Below, one piece after another: positions 60,700 to 64,000 of a DNA stretch of 64,000 nt. Position numbers and translations under genes: made by a program. This stretch comes from an uncultured Verrucomicrobiae bacterium (GTDB lineage: Bacteria; Verrucomicrobiota; Verrucomicrobiia; Limisphaerales; Palsa-1400), in assembly GCA_963764165.1 (NCBI GenBank), contig CAVXRD010000002.1, forward strand, positions 960,001-1,024,000, read 5' to 3'. Below the pieces are notes generated by a model. It saw only the letters and a list, made by a program, of their open reading frames with translations, ran no database searches and was not told the DNA's origin. Positions within the stretch are counted from its first letter, which is position 1. Each line of letters opens with the position of its first letter.

Positions 60700-61689
60700 T
60701 CAAGCCGCCGGCCCGAAATGCTGCCCCCACTTAGGGGCCAGTTCCTGTCCGCGAGTCCGCAATTGGTCTCTTTCCGCAAGGGCCAGGGGCGAATAACGTT
60801 TCGCCCATTCGACGCTCTTAAGGACTTCCTCGGTCCCGTAAAAACCGATCACCGCGGCGGTGACGCCCTCAATTCCGAGGCTGTAACGCATCGCGCTTTC
60901 GAGCATGGCCGGGTCGATTTTGGAAGGGCCGCGCTGCGTGTAGCCGCCAGTGGCGTGGCCGCCGTAAACCTTCATGGCGAGGATGCCGCAATTGTGCTTG
61001 CGGGCGACCGGCAGGATTTGCTCCTCGAAATGATATTGGTGGTAGTCAACAAAATTGAGCGCCACCATGATGACATCCACCTCTCCGCTATCGATCACCG
61101 GCGCAAAGCGCGGAACGCGGTTGTGCCCGGTGACGCCGACGAACCGGGCCAGCCCCTTTTCCTTCATCTTCTTGACAAACTCAAGCGGTCCGCCCGGCGC
61201 CATCACATGGGCGGGATCGCTGTCGCCAATGCTGTGGACATGAAGCAAATCGACGTGTGAAGTCTTCATTAATCGCAGGGAGGCTTCAAATTGCTGCTGC
61301 ATTTCGGCGGCGGCCTCGCGCGGATTTTCCTTGGACGAAAGCGCCTTGGTGGTGAGAAAAATTTTGTCGCGATAGCGCGGCACGACATCGCCCAGATACA
61401 GCTCCGCCTCGTCGTAGGCATGGGCGGTGTCAACGTAATTGACGCCCGCGTCCAGCGCCGCTTCATAAACCTTTGCAGCAGGTCCGGCCCCTGCTTTGCT
61501 TAATCCCATCGGCGCCGTGCCGAGACCGAGGACGGTAATCTTCTCGCCAGTCCGCCCGAGCACGCGCAGCGGAATGCCCGCGGAATTCTTCCCCGCGTCC
61601 GCATTCATGGCATTGATGAGATTCGGGGAAGCAACAGCGGCGGCCCCAGCCACGGCACTGACGTTCCGCAAAAATGTGCGTCGATTCAT
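60700..61689 (-). CDS. Tat-exported aldo/keto reductase
   Basis: MNRRTFL Tat motif; LGRTGEKITVLGLG, YVDTAHAY, IFLTTK, DLLHVH, GVTGH, AMKVYGG. Confidence 0.9.
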   Translation of the reverse strand: MNRRTFLRNVSAVAGAAAVASPNLINAMNADAGKNSAGIPLRVLGRTGEKITVLGLGTAPMGLSKAGAGPAAKVYEAALDAGVNYVDTAHAYDEAELYLGDVVPRYRDKIFLTTKALSSKENPREAAAEMQQQFEASLRLMKTSHVDLLHVHSIGDSDPAHVMAPGGPLEFVKKMKEKGLARFVGVTGHNRVPRFAPVIDSGEVDVIMVALNFVDYHQYHFEEQILPVARKHNCGILAMKVYGGHATGGYTQRGPSKIDPAMLESAMRYSLGIEGVTAAVIGFYGTEEVLKSVEWAKRYSPLALAERDQLRTRGQELAPKWGQHFGPAA

Positions 61690-61877
61690 CGGGGCATTAG
61701 ACGAAGGTAATGGAACGAAATTCAGTTCAAACGCTAGGCGAAGGATCAATTTCAAGCGCCAATTAAATCGGAGCGAGCCAAATCTGAGCCCATGGTGTGG
61801 AGAAGCGCAGACCAATTCAGATTAGTGCTCTGCCGAAATCCTCGCATTCGCGCGGTGTTGCGCTACATTGCGCGGCG

Positions 61878-63746
61878 ATGGTTTCGGCGGAAAAATCATG
61901 GCTCGAAATGCTGAAGCGCTACTTCGGCTTCACTTCCTTTCGCCCGCTCCAGGCCGAAATTATTGGTGACACGCTGGCCGGGAAGGACGTGTTTGCATTG
62001 CTTCCCACCGGTGGTGGAAAATCACTCTGTTTTCAATTGCCAGCCCTTATCCGGCCTGGCTTGACCGTTGTCGTTTCGCCTTTGATTGCGCTGATGAAGG
62101 ATCAAGTCGATGCGATGCAGGCGGCGGGCGTGGCCGCGACGTATCTGAACTCCACTCTTTCAGCCGACGAATCAAGGACGCGTTTGCGCGGGTTGCACCA
62201 GCAGCAATATCGCCTGCTTTACGTCGCGCCGGAGCGTCTCATGCTGTCAGGATCGCTCGATGACCTGCAGCGTTGGAATGTCAGCATGATCGCGGTGGAC
62301 GAAGCCCATTGCATCAGCGAGTGGGGCCACGATTTTCGACCGGAATACCGCCAGCTTGCCGAATTGCGCGGCCACTTTCCAAACGTCCCCATGATGGCTC
62401 TTACCGCTACGGCGACTGAGCGCGTGCGGTCCGATGTCATTAATCTTCTGCAATTGCGCGAACCGAGTTGTTACGTCGCCAGCTTCAATCGGCCAAACTT
62501 GTCGTATCGCGTGGTGCCGCGGGCCAAGCCGACCGATCAGGTCTTGAAATTTCTGCGAGACCGCCGCCGTGACAGCGGCATTATTTACTGCCATAGCCGG
62601 AAGGGAACCGAGACGCTGTCCCAATTTTTGGCGGAGCACGGTGTTCCCGCCCGTCCCTATCACGCGGGGCTCAGCCCGAAGGAGCGCAACGACAACCAGG
62701 ATTTATTCCTGCGCGATGAAGTTCGCGTGATCTGCGCCACCATCGCCTTTGGGATGGGCATCAACAAGCCGAATGTCCGCTTCGTCATCCATTACGACTT
62801 GCCGAAGAACATCGAAGGCTACTACCAGGAAACCGGGCGCGCTGGCCGCGACGGTTTGCCGAGCGAATGTGTCTTGTTATTCAGCGCCGGCGACGTCGTC
62901 AAGCAACAGCGGTTCATCGAGGAAAAATCGCCGGAGGAGCAAGTCCACGCCCGGCAGCAGCTCCAGCAAATTGTCCATTACGCAGAGTCCGGCCAATGCC
63001 GGCGCGTGGAATTGCTGCGGTATTTCGGCGAGACGTTCGCCGCGGATAATTGCAACGGTTGCGACAATTGCCTCACGCCCCGCGCGACTTTCGACGGCAC
63101 GGTGGCTGCGCAAAAATTCTTGTCGTGCGTTTATCGGATCCAGCAGCGCAGCCATTTTGATACGGGGTTGAACCACGTTGTGGAAGTTCTTACCGGCGCG
63201 GACACAGACAAAATTCGCAATTGGGGCCACGACCAGCTTACCACTTACGGCATTGGCCGCGAGCATACGCGGCCCGAATGGCAGGCGCTCGGGCGGGAAT
63301 TGATCCGGCTCGGATATTTGCGGCAAGCCCCCGGCAAATTCAGCACCGTAAGCGTGACACCGGAAGGTTTCGCCGCGCTGCGCGAACGGAAAAAAATCGT
63401 CCTGACCACGCCTATGACGCCTGCCGCCGCGCCCGAGAAAGCGCCACGCACCGGAGCCATCAGTTGCGACGAGGCGCTTTTCGAGCGCCTGCGCCAGCTC
63501 CGCAAAACCCTCGCCGACGAGCGCTCCGTACCCGCCTACATCGTGTTTTCGGATGTCGCCCTGCGTCAGATGGCCCGCTACTACCCGGCCACGGACGAGG
63601 AATTCTCGCGCATCAGCGGAGTGGGCGAAAAGAAACTGGCCGAATTCGGAAAGGTGTTTCTTGAAGAAATCGCCACTCACCTCCGAGCCAATCCCCGCCA
63701 AATGTTCGCCGAGGAATCATTCCAGCCGCCCGGAAGACGGGCCTAA
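61878..63746 (+). CDS. recQ: ATP-dependent DNA helicase RecQ
   Basis: PTGGGKSLCFQ, VDEAHCISEWGHDFRPEY, YYQETGRAGRDG, Zn-binding CNGCDNC, RQC and HRDC domains. Confidence 0.97.
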   Translation: MVSAEKSWLEMLKRYFGFTSFRPLQAEIIGDTLAGKDVFALLPTGGGKSLCFQLPALIRPGLTVVVSPLIALMKDQVDAMQAAGVAATYLNSTLSADESRTRLRGLHQQQYRLLYVAPERLMLSGSLDDLQRWNVSMIAVDEAHCISEWGHDFRPEYRQLAELRGHFPNVPMMALTATATERVRSDVINLLQLREPSCYVASFNRPNLSYRVVPRAKPTDQVLKFLRDRRRDSGIIYCHSRKGTETLSQFLAEHGVPARPYHAGLSPKERNDNQDLFLRDEVRVICATIAFGMGINKPNVRFVIHYDLPKNIEGYYQETGRAGRDGLPSECVLLFSAGDVVKQQRFIEEKSPEEQVHARQQLQQIVHYAESGQCRRVELLRYFGETFAADNCNGCDNCLTPRATFDGTVAAQKFLSCVYRIQQRSHFDTGLNHVVEVLTGADTDKIRNWGHDQLTTYGIGREHTRPEWQALGRELIRLGYLRQAPGKFSTVSVTPEGFAALRERKKIVLTTPMTPAAAPEKAPRTGAISCDEALFERLRQLRKTLADERSVPAYIVFSDVALRQMARYYPATDEEFSRISGVGEKKLAEFGKVFLEEIATHLRANPRQMFAEESFQPPGRRA

Positions 63747-63898
63747 AATCTGAGCCGCAGATGGACGCAGATAAGAAAAGACGGGGAAGAGTTGGGATAG
63801 GAGCCGGACTTTCTAACTTCATTGGATTGCTGTTTGTCAACCGAATGTCTTTTTCAGAAAATCTGCGTTGATCTGCGTCAATCTGCGGCTAAGATTTT
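63746..63898. repeat. Inverted pair of ACGCAGAT-periodic REP-like repeats
   Basis: aaatctgagccgcagatggacgcagat vs atctgcgttgatctgcgtcaatctgcggctaagatttt; same family as 15704-15830. Confidence 0.82.
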
Positions 63899-63901
63899 GG
63901 C

Positions 63902-64000
63902 ATGCACTCAAAACATGGCGTTGGCGGAGCCGTTGGTTTGGCGATTTTGGCGGGAGCATTGGCGTTTGCGGGTTGTGGGAAGAAGACTGACGAAACTCCC
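63902..64000 (+). CDS. Lipoprotein, 5' end only (runs off the window)
   Basis: MHSKHGVGGAVGLAILAGALAFAGCGKK with lipobox FAGC. Confidence 0.7.
   Translation, partial: MHSKHGVGGAVGLAILAGALAFAGCGKKTDETP

Overview
GC-rich bacterial chromosomal window, most likely Verrucomicrobiota subdivision 3 (Pedosphaera/Limisphaerales-like). That assignment is an inference from three prepilin/H-X9-DG proteins, Thr/Asn-rich secreted proteins and a short AtpH. Housekeeping genes (cysE, hemW, tilS, glnS, leuD, clpS, mpl, atpBEFHAG without atpDC, purF, recQ) are interleaved with accessory genes. About 35.5-60.7 kb is dominated by envelope sensing and secreted proteins. It holds a response regulator/TonB-dependent receptor/YfiR/CHASE8 kinase module, and a putative glycan-utilisation locus (secreted clan-A glycoside hydrolase, two prepilin-like proteins, a large unknown exported protein, an OB-fold-repeat sensor kinase and a LuxR regulator). 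It also has two PAS kinases, a frameshifted Kdo hydroxylase and a 1563-aa mosaic secreted protein. Mobile and repeat content: an intact IS5-family element inserted into the 5' end of a PAS kinase gene, several REP-like palindrome families (one nested), a 142-bp MITE inserted in a REP loop, and a 191-bp element with perfect 26-bp inverted ends. No rRNA, tRNA or CRISPR array was recognised. All calls come from motif reading by eye; no database searches were run.
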